A stretch of DNA of 61,609 nt, filler included. It is 4 parts of 4 records of this genome, joined end to end, with 100 filler letters (N's around TTAATTAATTAA, not from the genome) between each part and the next. Parts side by side here need not be neighbours in the genome. Positions count along the whole stretch, not along the records: positions 44,764 to 61,609 come from SRR22947727_4999; 3 more parts are not named here. The stretch is one strand, 5' to 3'. Position 1 is the first letter of the stretch. Each line of letters starts with the position of its first letter. The notes beneath the pieces were generated by a model, which had not been told where the DNA came from, ran no database searches, and saw nothing but the letters and a program-made list of their open reading frames with translations. Positions 60,254 to 61,609 of this stretch are shown here, in pieces. Position numbers and translations under genes: made by a program.

Positions 60254-61549
60254 ATGGCGTCATCGACGCTGCGTCAGAGCATTGGTCCGGGGATTTTGCT
60301 AGCCGGTGCCTGTATTGGTGGATCCCATCTGATGTCGTCCACCACCGCTGGAGCGCGGTTTGGCTTTGCGCTGGTGGTGTTGCTCCTGATCACCAATCTG
60401 ATCAAGTACCCCTTCTTACGGGTGGGTACGCGGTTCACCGCTGCGACGGGGCTGTCCTTGTTGGAGGGGTTCCAGCGGCGTAACAAGGCCTATCTCCCCC
60501 TTTATCTCCTGGTGAGTTTGGTCACCGGCACGGCCACGATTGCGGCCGTGAGCTTCGTTGCTGGGCTGTTGCTCACCAATGTGCCTGGTTTAACCGGATG
60601 GGATCCCTACGGCCTGTCCATCGGGGTTTTGGTGGTCAGTGGGCTGATCCTGTTGTTGGGCCACTACAAAGCTCTGGATCGTTTGTCCAAGCTTCTTGTC
60701 GCCCTGCTCACGTTGCTCACAGGAGTGGCGGCCGTGTCGTTGCTGATTCGCGGCCCTGTTGGTGATGTGGCCTCGAGTTGGGTCGCCACCGATCCCAGTC
60801 CGTGGACCCTGGCGAATTTGGCGTTCCTGATCCCATTGATGGGTTGGATGCCAGGGCCGGTGGAGATGTGTGTGTGGCCATCGTTGTGGATGTTTTCCCG
60901 TGCTCGCGACACCGACCACACCGCCAGCCCTGCGGAGGCGGAATTCGACTTCAACCTTGGCTACGGCGTCACGGTGTTGACGGCCTTGTTTTTCATCACG
61001 CTTGGTGCGTACACGATGTACGGCACGGGCGATGGAATGCTCGCTGGCAGCGGCGTGTCATTTGCACAGAAGTTGATCAAGCTCTACACCGCAGCGATGG
61101 GTGGTTGGGCGGCTTGGGTGATCATTCCGGCTGCGTTCTCGGCGATGTTCAGCACAACGATTACCTGCCTCGACGCCTACCCCCGCAGCATCGGAGCGAT
61201 TCAGGGCCTCTTGAGTGGTCAAGACAGCGGTGATGCCGCTCCGGGTCCCCAGCGTCGTCGTTTTCAGTTGTGGGTGGTGATTCACCTGCTGGTTGCCGTT
61301 GTGGCCTTGGTGGTGGCAAAAAGCGGCGGTATTGGTGTGAAGGACTTCGTCTTTGGCGCGATGACCGGCAGTTTTCTGTCCGCTCCTCTGTTCGCCTGGA
61401 TGGCGATGGACACGATCAACAGCAGTCTCGTTCCGGTTGAGCATCGTTATGGACCGGTGATGCGTGGATTGTGTTGGTTTGGCTTGCTGTTCTTTCTTGT
61501 CTTCAGCTTGCTGTTTATTGCTAATGCCTTTTTCGGGGTTGGTGCTTAA
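60254..61549 (+). CDS. NRAMP-like divalent cation transporter family membrane protein
   Basis: GPGILLAGACIGGSHL, KYPF, GWMP, AMFSTT; about 11 TM segments. True start is likely ATG 60254. Confidence 0.75.
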   Translation: MASSTLRQSIGPGILLAGACIGGSHLMSSTTAGARFGFALVVLLLITNLIKYPFLRVGTRFTAATGLSLLEGFQRRNKAYLPLYLLVSLVTGTATIAAVSFVAGLLLTNVPGLTGWDPYGLSIGVLVVSGLILLLGHYKALDRLSKLLVALLTLLTGVAAVSLLIRGPVGDVASSWVATDPSPWTLANLAFLIPLMGWMPGPVEMCVWPSLWMFSRARDTDHTASPAEAEFDFNLGYGVTVLTALFFITLGAYTMYGTGDGMLAGSGVSFAQKLIKLYTAAMGGWAAWVIIPAAFSAMFSTTITCLDAYPRSIGAIQGLLSGQDSGDAAPGPQRRRFQLWVVIHLLVAVVALVVAKSGGIGVKDFVFGAMTGSFLSAPLFAWMAMDTINSSLVPVEHRYGPVMRGLCWFGLLFFLVFSLLFIANAFFGVGA

Positions 61550-61579
61550 TGAGTGATCGATTTAGATATGGATCCAATC

Positions 61580-61603
61580 AAAAACCCCCGTGGAAGCGGG
61601 GGT
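61580..61603 (-). terminator. Terminator hairpin (minus strand or bidirectional)
   Basis: aaaa-acccccgt-ggaa-gcgggggt. Confidence 0.65.
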
Positions 61604-61609
61604 GGGATC

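Noticed and set aside
44839-61444. Many overlapping 60-200 aa ORFs in the GC-rich contig
   Set aside because: Shadow frames of well-supported core genes, expected at high GC.

Overview
The window is four unrelated contigs joined by artificial 100-nt spacers (N44-TTAATTAATTAA-N44 at 12516-12615, 28988-29087, 44664-44763). (1) 1-12515: AT-rich tail-tip operon of a large siphovirus-type phage with lambda-like H-M-L-K-I-J order, a radical SAM gene inserted after L, and a split/duplicated K. (2) 12616-28987: marine Synechococcus-like chromosome (psbC end, two transsulfuration enzymes, cysK, queA) interrupted by an ~11.6 kb AT-rich island. The island encodes a P1B-6/FezB-like ATPase, a catalytically degenerate ATPase paralog, four HMA_2/CoBaHMA-like domains, two DUF5132-like proteins, a P-loop-less ArsA/Get3-like protein, a GDT1 transporter, a degenerate NhaP-type antiporter, a DUF1345 protein and a beta-carbonic anhydrase. 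It is the best candidate for an undescribed system: a ferrosome-like cation-storage or biomineralisation cluster. (3) 29088-44663: T4-like marine myovirus structural region (fibre/accessory proteins, gp18, gp19, gp20, displaced gp13, gp67-like) whose proteins are pervaded by an Asp-Ser-Asp/Glu motif. (4) 44764-61609: Synechococcus-like core genes (dnaB, rplI, two desC, gcvH, gcvP, FMN reductase, rubrerythrin, flv1/flv3 with an inserted glycosyltransferase-like gene, NRAMP-like transporter). All family calls are from motif recognition by eye; no searches were run.
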